Source: Nitrospinota bacterium (GTDB lineage Bacteria > Nitrospinota_A > UBA7883 > JACRLM01). Taken from it: a DNA stretch of 64,000 bases. The position numbers were made by a program, and so were the translations under genes. The notes below the pieces were generated by a model that worked only from the letters and a program-made list of their open reading frames with translations, was not told the origin of the DNA and did not search any database. Positions 9,611-18,224 of this stretch are shown in pieces. The DNA lies in NCBI GenBank assembly GCA_016235255.1, contig JACRLM010000087.1:542-64541 (forward strand), written 5' to 3'. Positions within the stretch are counted from its first letter, which is position 1. Each line of letters opens with the position of its first letter.

Positions 9611-10340
9611 CCGTCACCTCTCCGGGGCCGCTCACTTTAGCGTTCAGGCTTTTGCCGGAGTCCATGTTCACCACCTTGATCCAGTCACCCTTGTCCCCGT
9701 CCTGCTTTGCCTTGCCGGGGGTGGAGACCCTTATCGTTGCGTTGCCGGCCACTATGGTCACAGTCTCGCCGGCCGATATCATTTTCTTTTGCGATACATG
9801 GTCCAGCCGCAGTGGCGCGCCGGCCTTTAAGTTCCTTGCCGACTGCTTACCCACGATTTTCGCCGGGTCCGTCACAATTTTTTCAAACTCCGCCCCGATG
9901 GAAACCTTCTCGATGCGAAGGTCTTCCTCCTCGATGATGGCCCCGTGCTTCAGGTCCCGGGCCGCCACCACTGCGTTCATCGTCATGTCCACCCTGGCCG
10001 CCGCCGCGATCCGCATCACCGCCCTTCCATTTTTCAGGAAAGCGATGTTGGCGTGGATCTTTTCCCCTTTCCTGTTTTGGGATGGGATGGAAATGTCGTA
10101 TGCGTCGAAGTCCTCGGGAGCCCGGACGTTTTCCGGAACAGTCACTTCCACATCCCCCACTTCGCGTCCGGCCCCGGAAAGTTTCGCCATCACTTTTTCC
10201 TTCACGGCTTCTTTGAGCCATGCGGCAAAATTTTCCCGGTCCACCGCCGGTTTTTCCAGCGCTTCGGGCATCTTGGCGGCCAGTAACACCGCCAAAGCCG
10301 CTAAGACCACGGTTTTTACAACCAACCGGCCGCTGTTCAT
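9600..10340 (-). CDS. flgA: Flagellar basal-body P-ring formation protein FlgA
   Basis: Signal peptide; C-terminal SAF-like region (ISAGETVTIV...IRVSTPGKAKQDGDKGDWIKV); position between flgG and flgH. Confidence 0.75.
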   Translation of the reverse strand: MNSGRLVVKTVVLAALAVLLAAKMPEALEKPAVDRENFAAWLKEAVKEKVMAKLSGAGREVGDVEVTVPENVRAPEDFDAYDISIPSQNRKGEKIHANIAFLKNGRAVMRIAAAARVDMTMNAVVAARDLKHGAIIEEEDLRIEKVSIGAEFEKIVTDPAKIVGKQSARNLKAGAPLRLDHVSQKKMISAGETVTIVAGNATIRVSTPGKAKQDGDKGDWIKVVNMDSGKSLNAKVSGPGEVTVEF

Positions 10341-10372
10341 GGGATATGACCTTTCATATTAACCAGTTAGCC

Positions 10373-11161
10373 TTATCGCTTCAGGTTATTCGCTGTCTGC
10401 AGCATCTCGTCCGAGGCGGTGACGGTCTTGGAATTGACCTCGTAACCGCGTTGGGACATAATCATCTGGGTCAGTTCCTCCACCACAGACACGTTGGACA
10501 CTTCCACGTACCCCTGAAGGATCGTTCCAAACTCGTTCTGGCCCGCAAGCCCGGTTATGGGCGTTCCGGAACCTTCCGTCTCGGTGAACAAACTTTTCCC
10601 GTCCGAAGATAGCCCGGCGGGATTGACGAAGTTAGCAAGCTCGATCTGCCCTGCCTGTGTTGGGGTGGTGGAGCTTGGCTGGCTGGCGTTTATCACTCCC
10701 TGTTGGTCAATGGAGACCAGCGTGGTGTCCTGCGGGAGGGTCACTGGCGGATACAGAGGGTAGCCGTCGGAGTTGACGATCTGCCCTGTGGCGTCCACCT
10801 GGAAGTTGCCGGCCCGGGTGTAGCCTATCGTGCCGTCCGGTTTTTGTATCTGGAAGAATCCTTTGCCTTCAATTGCCAGATCCAATTCGTTCGCCGTGTT
10901 TTTCATGTCGCCCTGCGCGAATAGTTTTGTGACGGCCGATGGCTTCACGCCAAGACCCACCTGTATGCCGGTGGGCACCTGGTTGCCGGTGGAGGTCACA
11001 GTTCCCGGTGCGCGAAGGGTCTGGTAAAGCAGGTCCTGGAAGTCCGCCCGGCTTTTCTTGAAGCCGAGGGTGTTGACGTTGGCCAGGTTGTTGGCGATAA
11101 CGTCAATGCTCATCTGCTGGGCCACCATCCCGGTGGCGCCTGTGTGCAATGATCTGATCAT
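10373..11161 (-). CDS. flgG: Flagellar basal-body rod protein FlgG
   Basis: MIRSLHTGATGMVAQQMSIDVIANNLANVNTLGFKK; GGGAGAAGG RBS before this ATG; the annotated ORF is over-extended by 16 codons. Confidence 0.9.
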   Translation of the reverse strand: MIRSLHTGATGMVAQQMSIDVIANNLANVNTLGFKKSRADFQDLLYQTLRAPGTVTSTGNQVPTGIQVGLGVKPSAVTKLFAQGDMKNTANELDLAIEGKGFFQIQKPDGTIGYTRAGNFQVDATGQIVNSDGYPLYPPVTLPQDTTLVSIDQQGVINASQPSSTTPTQAGQIELANFVNPAGLSSDGKSLFTETEGSGTPITGLAGQNEFGTILQGYVEVSNVSVVEELTQMIMSQRGYEVNSKTVTASDEMLQTANNLKR

Positions 11162-11304
11162 GGTCTGGCCTTCTCCCTTTTTGTGTTTTTCGTTTCTCTT
11201 GTGAACCATTGCGACACGGAGGCTTTTGGCGGCGGGAACACGGCGGTCATGGCCTTTCCCTTCCCTTCATGTCCAAAATGGCGTTGTGGCGTTCTCATTT
11301 CACG

Positions 11305-12102
11305 TTACCTTCCAACCTGCATCAGAAGCGTGCTTGTCATGTTGTCGCTTTCGGTGACAGCTTTCTGGTAAGTCTCCGCCAGCCGCTGGTTTTTGATAAG
11401 CTCGGTCATCTGGCCGATCATGTTCACGTTGGACTGTTCCATGCTCCCCTGCATCACTTTCGCCTCGCCGGCCGGGACCGCCGCCGAAGGGTCGGAAGCT
11501 TTGTAAAGTCCGCTCCCTTCCTTGGAGATCGAAACAGATTTCGGGAACGAGACCACTTTAAGTTTGCCCGCAAGCTTGCCGTAGGAGCCTTGTTCCATCG
11601 GCGTCCCGGATGTGTCTGCTTGGCCGGACTCGTTGCCAACCCATACGGAGCCGTCCTCGTCAATTGTCACAGTGCCGTCACGGACGGATATGGCCCGGTT
11701 CTGGTCGTCCAGGACTATGTGCCCGTCGCTGGTGACAAGCTCCCCGTTCTGGCCGATTTTAAAAGCTCCGTTGCGTGTGTACATTTCTCCCTGCGAAGTC
11801 ATCACGGAGAAGAAACCCTCACCGTCAATTGCCACGTCCAGCGGGTTTTCAGTTGTTTTGACGACCCCCTGGGTGAAGTCGGTGTATTGATCCGCCACCA
11901 TCACATAATCGGATTGGCTCGTTTGCGAGACAGCGGCGCCTTGCGGGGCGGCGTCCTTCGCGTTGGCCAGATAGCTTTCAAAAACAAGCTGATCCGACTT
12001 GAAACCGGGCGTGTTTATGTTCGCCAGGTTGTTGGCGATGGTGTCCAGCCTCTTCTGGGCGGCGATATGACCGCTGGCGGAAACATACATGTCCTTGTGC
12101 AT
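11305..12102 (-). CDS. flgF: Flagellar basal-body rod protein FlgF
   Basis: Rod N-terminal motif SGHIAAQKRLDTIANNLANINTPGFK; start assigned at MHKDMYV (alternative start at 12120). Confidence 0.8.
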   Translation of the reverse strand: MHKDMYVSASGHIAAQKRLDTIANNLANINTPGFKSDQLVFESYLANAKDAAPQGAAVSQTSQSDYVMVADQYTDFTQGVVKTTENPLDVAIDGEGFFSVMTSQGEMYTRNGAFKIGQNGELVTSDGHIVLDDQNRAISVRDGTVTIDEDGSVWVGNESGQADTSGTPMEQGSYGKLAGKLKVVSFPKSVSISKEGSGLYKASDPSAAVPAGEAKVMQGSMEQSNVNMIGQMTELIKNQRLAETYQKAVTESDNMTSTLLMQVGR

Positions 12103-12143
12103 ACGCAAACCTTTCGTCAAATAAACCGACTACACGCATGTTA

Positions 12144-12159
12144 AGCAAGGACGATGCCA
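12144..12159 (-). promoter_or_regulatory. Candidate sigma54 (RpoN) -24/-12 promoter for the flgF-flgG-flgA-flgH-flgI-flgJ operon
   Basis: Minus-strand sequence TGGCATcgtccTTGCT matches TGGCAC-N5-TTGCW with correct GG/GC spacing; lies 25-60 nt upstream of the flgF start. Confidence 0.5.
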
Positions 12160-12265
12160 ATGTGTTTTTGTTCAAAAAGTTGACGGCGTGAACTCGGCAA
12201 TGCCAAAGAGAGCAAGCAAGGCGCCATGTGATAAAATAATCAAAAATAGCCGGAGAGCTTCATCT

Positions 12266-12481
12266 ATGGCCGCAACCAGTGAAATCATCTTTCTTGTCGA
12301 AGACGCGCCGGAGGGGGGATACACGGCACGCGCCCTTGGCGAATCAATTTTCACCGAGGCGGACAATCTTGACGCTCTCCATGAAAATGTCCGCGACGCC
12401 GTAATTTGCCACTTTGACGAGGGGAAGGCCCCGCGCGTCATCCGGCTCCATTTTGTCAGGGAAGAAGTAATCACCATATGA
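12266..12481 (+). CDS. hicB: HicB-like antitoxin (UPF0150 fold)
   Basis: IIFLVEDAPEGGYTARALGESIFTEADNLDALHENVRDAVICHF; 4-nt overlap with the downstream hicA; start assigned at internal MAATSE with GGAGAG upstream. Confidence 0.5.
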   Translation: MAATSEIIFLVEDAPEGGYTARALGESIFTEADNLDALHENVRDAVICHFDEGKAPRVIRLHFVREEVITI

Positions 12482-12720
12482 AACTGCCGCGCTCTGTAAA
12501 CGCGGCTCAAATCGTAACGGCCCTGCGCCGGATCGGATATGGAGTGACAAGGCAGACAGGCTCTCACATCCGGCTAACATTAAGTGAGCCTCCGGAACAT
12601 CATGTGACCGTTCCCAATCACGATCCAATCCAGGCAGGAACGTTGTCTTCAATTATCGGGGACGTTGCCAAGAGGTTCAATATAACCAGGGAGGAAGCGG
12701 TAAGAAGGCTGTTTAAATAA
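12478..12720 (+). CDS. hicA: HicA-like toxin
   Basis: 80 aa; AAQIVTALRRIGYGVTRQTGSHIRLT is a HicA/YcfA-like dsRBD motif. Confidence 0.6.
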   Translation: MKLPRSVNAAQIVTALRRIGYGVTRQTGSHIRLTLSEPPEHHVTVPNHDPIQAGTLSSIIGDVAKRFNITREEAVRRLFK

Positions 12721-12726
12721 TCATTT

Positions 12727-13008
12727 TTGACCATGGACAACATGATAGAAATCTGCGACAGGTGCGGGGGGCGCATAGGGCCGGGGGATATCCGGTATCT
12801 TGTCCGCCTATCTGTGAACGTGGACGACGGCGGCGTGATATCCGGCCCGATCGGCGAGGACGAGATAGACGCGATAATCAGGGAACTTTCCAAGGCCGAT
12901 CCGGAGGAGCTTGAAAGAGATGTGCACGAAGAACGGTCATACATCATTTGCCCCCGCTGCCGCCGGGAGTTCATGAAAGACCCGCTGGGGAAAAAGGGAT
13001 TTGAGTGA
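12727..13008 (+). CDS. Small zinc-ribbon protein (CxxC...CxxC), hypothetical
   Basis: CDRCGG at the N-terminus and CPRCRREF at the C-terminus; acidic middle region; 4 nt upstream of the Gfo/Idh/MocA gene. Confidence 0.4.
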   Translation: MTMDNMIEICDRCGGRIGPGDIRYLVRLSVNVDDGGVISGPIGEDEIDAIIRELSKADPEELERDVHEERSYIICPRCRREFMKDPLGKKGFE

Positions 13009-13011
13009 CGC

Positions 13012-14073
13012 ATGACCCGGCATCATAAAAAGAAAACATATCGCGTTGCCATTATCGGTTGTGGGCGCATAGCAAGTCTCCTTGAGGAAGACCCTCTGCG
13101 TGAAAAACCGTGCACCCACGCCGGGGCGTTCCACGCCCATCCGAAAACAAAAATCGTGGCGGGATGCGACATAAAGCCTGAAAGGCTGAAAGCATTCGGT
13201 GAAAAATGGGAGGTGACGGCCCTTTACGGCGATTACCGCAAGATGCTGAAACGCGAACGGCCGGACATCGTGAGCGTTGCGGCGTGGACGGAGTTCCACT
13301 CCGAAATGGTGGTGGAAGCGGTGAAGGCCGGGGTGAAAGGGATTTATTGCGAGAAACCGGTGGCGGCGAACCTTTCGCAGGCCCGGCGGATGATCAAGGC
13401 GTGCGAGGAAAAGGGCGTCTCCATGGTGGTGGGGCATGAACGCAGGTGGGACAAGCGTCACCAGGTTGTGCGCGACGCAATACAATCGGGAGAGTATGGA
13501 GCGTTGAGATCCATCACCGGTTACACGCTATCCGGGGCATGGCCGAAACTTTCACGCAAGTTGTACGGCGGCGGCCCGATGTTCCACGACGGCACGCACC
13601 TCGTGGACCTGTTCCGGTTTTTCGGGGGTGATGTGAAAAGCGTCACGGCCGTGGAAGACAGGCCAAACGGGAAGGATAGCGTGGAGAACACTGTCGTGGG
13701 CATCATCAATTTTAAAAGCGGAGCTCGGGGGCTTGTGATCGGCGGAGGTGAACGAAAATATTTTCATTTCGAACTGGACGTGCAAATGGAACGGGCCAGG
13801 ATGATAGTCGCCAACCACACTCTGGAAATGCACGTGGCAAAGCCGAGCAACAGCTTCACGGGATTCACGGAACTGGAAAAAACGAAATTCCCCGATTGCT
13901 CCGGCAGGATCAATCCATTCGTCGGCGGGGTGGAGGACCTTATCACGCAGATGGAAACAGGGGCCAAATCGCTATCCGGCGGGCGGGACGGGCTCAAGGC
14001 GCTGGAAATAATACTGGCTCTATACCGCTCCGCCGGCAGTGGCGGGGCGCTTGTGAAACTTCCCCTTCGCTGA
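13012..14073 (+). CDS. Gfo/Idh/MocA family NAD(P)-dependent oxidoreductase
   Basis: Rossmann N-terminus YRVAIIGCGRIA and a Gfo/Idh/MocA-like C-terminal domain; EKP motif (YCEKPVA). Confidence 0.8.
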   Translation: MTRHHKKKTYRVAIIGCGRIASLLEEDPLREKPCTHAGAFHAHPKTKIVAGCDIKPERLKAFGEKWEVTALYGDYRKMLKRERPDIVSVAAWTEFHSEMVVEAVKAGVKGIYCEKPVAANLSQARRMIKACEEKGVSMVVGHERRWDKRHQVVRDAIQSGEYGALRSITGYTLSGAWPKLSRKLYGGGPMFHDGTHLVDLFRFFGGDVKSVTAVEDRPNGKDSVENTVVGIINFKSGARGLVIGGGERKYFHFELDVQMERARMIVANHTLEMHVAKPSNSFTGFTELEKTKFPDCSGRINPFVGGVEDLITQMETGAKSLSGGRDGLKALEIILALYRSAGSGGALVKLPLR

Positions 14074-14091
14074 CCGGACGGAGTTTCGCGA

Positions 14092-15525
14092 ATGCCCGAA
14101 TACCTTTCCCGCAACATCGAAGCGCTGAAGAAACGTTTTCCCCTCGCCGCCATGGCCGCTTCACAGGCGGCAGGCGCGGTGGATCTGTTCGCGGCAAAAA
14201 CCGGAGCTGTCACCGGGCGCATCGGCGGAATACTTCTGTCTAGCGCTTATGACCCGGTCCGGGAAGGCGCCATGTTCGCCGGGGCGCATGATATCGGTCC
14301 GGGGGGGCATGTGGCCCTGTACGGCCTTGGGCTTGGATATCACATAAAGCCATTGCTGGAGGCCGTCGGCCCGCAGGGGAGGATCGTGGCGGCGGAGGCG
14401 AATGGAAGCATTCTCAAGGCGGCGCTGGAGGTGATTGGCGATCCGGCGGTGATCTCGGACGAGCGCATCACATTTGTGGCCGCCACGTCGGAAAACGAGT
14501 TCCTGGCCGAATGGGCGCGGGCATTTGAGAAACTCGATCCGGCGCGCACAAGGGTGGCGATACACACCCCATCGTTCCAGTCCATCCCGCAATCGTTCAC
14601 CAGGGTGAAGAACGCCGTGGAGATGATCCGGATGGAGCGGCGGTTCCCTTTGATAATGGGGAAGAAGGAAAAGGAAAATTTCAGGCGCAACCTTGGCAGG
14701 CTTGCCGGATCGCCCGGCGTGTCCGCGCTGGCGGGAATGTGCGAGGGGGGCGCGGTGATCGTTGTGGGAGCCGGGCCGTCGCTGGACCGGGATATCACGC
14801 AGGCCGCCTGCTGTAAAGGCCGGGCGGCGGTCTTCGCGGCGGACACCGCGTTGCCATCGTTGCTTGCGGCGGGAATCACGCCGGACCTTTTGTTCACCGC
14901 CGATCCGCAGGACGAGAGCATGCGGCACTTTATCGCCGCGGGCAGATATGACTTGCCGCTGGTTCTGACACCCACCGCCAACGCGGACCTTGTGGAAAAA
15001 TGGCGGGGGCCGCTGTTTTTTGGATTCCAGAATCCAGACAAGTATCCAAAGCCCGCGGACGGCTGGGCCAGGCGGATGGGGGTGTTTTCATCCGGAGGTT
15101 CGGTCTCTTCGTTCGCGCTGGAGACGGCGTTGGCCGCAGGGGTGTCTGTGGCGGCCTTGGCTGGGATGGACTTCGGCTATCCCTGGGGACGCGCTTACGC
15201 CAACGGCAGCGCGCCCGCTCTGCTTGGGGCAAATGAAGCCGCTTTGCGGGGAAAAGTGGAGGTGAAAGATTATTGCGGAAGGCCGCTTTTAACATCGTTG
15301 AACATGTACTCGTACATCCGGGCCTTTGAAAACATCACCGTTGCGCCGGGCCGCACGGTGGTCACGTTCTCCAATGTCGGGGCGCGGCTTGGCGGGATTG
15401 AGGCGGTGGCGGCGCTTCCGGCCGGAATTTATACGCGCCGCGGTTTTATTGTTCCAACCCCTGGCGCCAATGGCTTTGACGGACAAATCAAGGCCGCGTT
15501 GGAGCAATGGCTTGATAACGCGTAG
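14092..15525 (+). CDS. Motility-associated factor (Maf)/DUF115 family protein, putative flagellin glycosyl-transfer protein
   Basis: DUF115/MptE-like core VIVVGAGPSLDRDI...ADTALPSLLAAGITPDLLFTADPQD; location in the flagellar locus. Confidence 0.6.
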   Translation: MPEYLSRNIEALKKRFPLAAMAASQAAGAVDLFAAKTGAVTGRIGGILLSSAYDPVREGAMFAGAHDIGPGGHVALYGLGLGYHIKPLLEAVGPQGRIVAAEANGSILKAALEVIGDPAVISDERITFVAATSENEFLAEWARAFEKLDPARTRVAIHTPSFQSIPQSFTRVKNAVEMIRMERRFPLIMGKKEKENFRRNLGRLAGSPGVSALAGMCEGGAVIVVGAGPSLDRDITQAACCKGRAAVFAADTALPSLLAAGITPDLLFTADPQDESMRHFIAAGRYDLPLVLTPTANADLVEKWRGPLFFGFQNPDKYPKPADGWARRMGVFSSGGSVSSFALETALAAGVSVAALAGMDFGYPWGRAYANGSAPALLGANEAALRGKVEVKDYCGRPLLTSLNMYSYIRAFENITVAPGRTVVTFSNVGARLGGIEAVAALPAGIYTRRGFIVPTPGANGFDGQIKAALEQWLDNA

Positions 15526-15568
15526 CCAAAGGTTTTGCGCCAAAGCTCCTTTACGATATACTTTGCCC

Positions 15569-16498
15569 ATGAGGATTATTGCGCTACTGACCGCCGCGCT
15601 GGCGGCCATGTTCACTCCGGCGTTCGCGGAAAAGGGGGGGGTGATCTCCGTCCCGGCTGAGGCGAGCGTGGACGTGCCCGACGGCAACTATGCCCAGGCG
15701 CGGATGCGGTGTCTGGACGCGGCGATGAGATCGGCCGCCCGGATAGCGGTGGAGGCGGTGGTCCCCCCGGAGGAAGCGGCCAGGCACAAGGACGCCATAG
15801 AGAAGAAAGTGATAAGCCGAGGGCAGGATTTTGTGATGAGCTTCAAGATACTCGAAGAGAGCACGGACAATGCCGCGCGCAAAATATCGGTCCGCATCCA
15901 GGCGGCTGTCAGCTCCAAGGGGATATTGCGCGTCCTGGGCATCGGCGTAGCTTCGGCCGCGAAAAAGCCGGAAGCGCCGTCGCTGCTTGTGATCGTGGAG
16001 GAGAAGAACGCGGCGTATGTTGTTGGGGGCAATTTCCTGGCATTAAACTCCGAGGCGGAGGAAGTGTTGGCGGCGAACCTGCGGCGCAAGGGATTCACGG
16101 TGTTTTCCAGGAAAAATGTGCGCGAAGCGGGAATGGACAACGTGACCCTGGCCGCCATGCGAGGCGAGCCTGAAAGCGTGAAGGCGATTTCCGGACATTT
16201 CCACACAGGAACGTTTGTGTTCGGATCCACCGAGACCGCCGTCAAGCCTGCGGCCAATGGAGAGATCGCCAGCGTTTCGGCCAGGCTGTCGGTGAGCGGG
16301 GCCTTGAATGGAAAGGAGCCGTTCACGATAGCGAAAAGCGGCGCGGGAGTTTATGATGACGCCAATGAGGGGATCAGGGCGATGATCGGCTCGATCATGG
16401 AAACGGCGGCAAAGGATATCGAGGCCGCATTAGCGCCGCAACCGTCGGTGAAAGCAGCCCCCGCTCCCGCCGATGCCGCTCCCAAGGTGGCGCCATGA
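15569..16498 (+). CDS. Secreted periplasmic protein, FlgT/LPP20-like N-terminal domain (putative flagellar outer-ring accessory protein)
   Basis: Signal peptide MRIIALLTAALAAMFTPAFA; DGNYAQARMRCLDAAMRSAARIAVEAVV resembles the FlgT_N/LPP20 pattern; proline/alanine-rich C-terminal tail; the annotated ORF (from 15326) is over-extended. Confidence 0.4.
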   Translation: MRIIALLTAALAAMFTPAFAEKGGVISVPAEASVDVPDGNYAQARMRCLDAAMRSAARIAVEAVVPPEEAARHKDAIEKKVISRGQDFVMSFKILEESTDNAARKISVRIQAAVSSKGILRVLGIGVASAAKKPEAPSLLVIVEEKNAAYVVGGNFLALNSEAEEVLAANLRRKGFTVFSRKNVREAGMDNVTLAAMRGEPESVKAISGHFHTGTFVFGSTETAVKPAANGEIASVSARLSVSGALNGKEPFTIAKSGAGVYDDANEGIRAMIGSIMETAAKDIEAALAPQPSVKAAPAPADAAPKVAP

Positions 16499-17589
16499 GG
16501 GAATTTTGGGCCAGGCCTGTGGTCCGCGCCATTGCGGTGGCGCTGGGGGTTTTGGTCTTCGCCATCTTTATATACGCCGCGCGCGCCGCGCTTTTTCCTT
16601 TCATAGTGGCCTTCGCCATCGCCTATGTGCTCGACCCGCTGGTGGACAGGATGGAAAAAGCGGGCATGAGCAGGATTTTTGCGATTGTGGCCATCCTGAT
16701 CGCTTTGCTCGCATCAGTCACCACCGTGGCGGCGCTTGTGGCCCCGATGATCGGGGCGCAGGTGGAGGCCATGGCCGCCAATGTGCCGCGCTATGTGGAG
16801 ACAGTGAAAGGGCTCATCGTCCCATGGCTCGAATCGTTGACGGACGTGGACAAGGCAAGGATGGACCAGGCTGTACGGGAAGGGATGATGGCGTTGGGCG
16901 ACCTGCCGGTAAAGGCGGTAAAGGCCGTGTCGTCCGCCGTGTGGGCCGGGCTGTCAAACGTGATGGACGTGGCGCTGGCGCTGTTCAACCTTGTGATCAT
17001 CCCGGTGGCGGCGTTTTACCTGCTCAAGGACTTTAACGACATAACAGAAAAGCTGGGCCAGCGCGTTCCCCCCGCCCGCAGGGAGGCTTTGTTCGGCTTT
17101 ATGGGGAAGATAGACATGGCCCTTTCCGGCTTCGTCAAAGGGCAGCTTACCGTGGCCTCCATAATGGCGGTGGTCTATTCAACCGGCCTTTTTCTCATCG
17201 GCGCGCCGATGGGCATCGCCATCGGCCTTGCCGCGGGCGCGGCGAACATAGTCCCATACCTCCCCATCGCGGTGGGATTCATCCCGGCGCTTGCGCTTAC
17301 CTATCTGCAATACCCCGGATTTGAGCGGGTGCTGATGGTGGTGGCTCTTTTCGCGGCGGGGCTGGCGCTCGAAGGGATGGTGATAACGCCAAGGACACTG
17401 GAAAAATCGGTGGGGCTGCATCCTGTGGCGGTGATGGCCTCTCTCTTTATCGGCGCGGCCTTTTTCGGCTTCATCGGAATATTGCTGGCGGTTCCGGCGG
17501 CGGCGGTGATCAAGGTGGCGCTTATGGAGCTGGACGATGCGTACCTGAAATCCGAATTCTTCACGGGGAACGGCGGGGAAGGGAAGTAA
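16495..17589 (+). CDS. AI-2E family transporter (UPF0118/PerM)
   Basis: Eight predicted TM helices; characteristic AIAYVLDPLVDRMEK and C-terminal motifs. Confidence 0.8.
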   Translation: MREFWARPVVRAIAVALGVLVFAIFIYAARAALFPFIVAFAIAYVLDPLVDRMEKAGMSRIFAIVAILIALLASVTTVAALVAPMIGAQVEAMAANVPRYVETVKGLIVPWLESLTDVDKARMDQAVREGMMALGDLPVKAVKAVSSAVWAGLSNVMDVALALFNLVIIPVAAFYLLKDFNDITEKLGQRVPPARREALFGFMGKIDMALSGFVKGQLTVASIMAVVYSTGLFLIGAPMGIAIGLAAGAANIVPYLPIAVGFIPALALTYLQYPGFERVLMVVALFAAGLALEGMVITPRTLEKSVGLHPVAVMASLFIGAAFFGFIGILLAVPAAAVIKVALMELDDAYLKSEFFTGNGGEGK

Positions 17590-17612
17590 ACCACCGGCAG
17601 GGGCGCGAGGGA

Positions 17613-18224
17613 TCAGCGGCCTGCGGCCTTGTGGAATGTCACCTCGTTATCCCGCGCGTTTATCTCGAACACAAAGCGTGAAAGAAAGTTCATCCCGATA
17701 ATGGCGCTGACATGCCCACGCCCCGGGAAATCCATCACCGCAGCCTCCAGCCGCATGGCATGGGCCCCGCCCACATTAACATCGTCGAGAAATACAACCG
17801 GCGCCTCCACGATTCCTTTAGAGGTCCGCAGCCGGGTCTTGCCCGCTTTCCGGATATCGGCCCCTAGGGCGGCCGCCAGCTTGCTTGTGATGATTATGGT
17901 CTCCGATCCGGTGTCCAGTATGGCGTTCCGTTTCACAAGGCCGTTGAACATGGCCTCCACCGCCATGCTCCCCGGGGGATTGAAATGGACCGAAACGGGA
18001 TTTGGCATCGGCGCGGCGAAGGGCTCGGTCCAGTCCTTATCTTCGCGGACGGTCACAAGTTTCATCGGCGAGGCGGTGTTCCTGCGATCTTTGGGAACGT
18101 CCTCGAGCCTGCCGGATATCCGCACCGAACCATCCACATCGGTCCAACGGTATGCAAGCCCCTCATGCCGCAAGTCCGCCGAAAGGACCAGCGCGGCGAG
18201 CAGGATGACCGTCTGCGGAATCAA
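17613..18224 (-). CDS. Retropepsin-like (clan AA) aspartic protease, TIGR02281-type
   Basis: N-terminal signal/TM; catalytic motif AILDTGSETIIIT. Confidence 0.65.
   Translation of the reverse strand: MIPQTVILLAALVLSADLRHEGLAYRWTDVDGSVRISGRLEDVPKDRRNTASPMKLVTVREDKDWTEPFAAPMPNPVSVHFNPPGSMAVEAMFNGLVKRNAILDTGSETIIITSKLAAALGADIRKAGKTRLRTSKGIVEAPVVFLDDVNVGGAHAMRLEAAVMDFPGRGHVSAIIGMNFLSRFVFEINARDNEVTFHKAAGR

Noticed and set aside
11162-11209. N-terminal extensions of several track ORFs (flgG 278 aa, hicB 162 aa, rlpA 298 aa, pgi 521 aa, FlgT-like 390 aa, ECF sigma, HK at 46804, thiG)
   Set aside because: Homologous N-termini, RBS positions and signal-peptide locations indicate internal starts. The track begins at the first ATG/GTG/TTG after an upstream stop.
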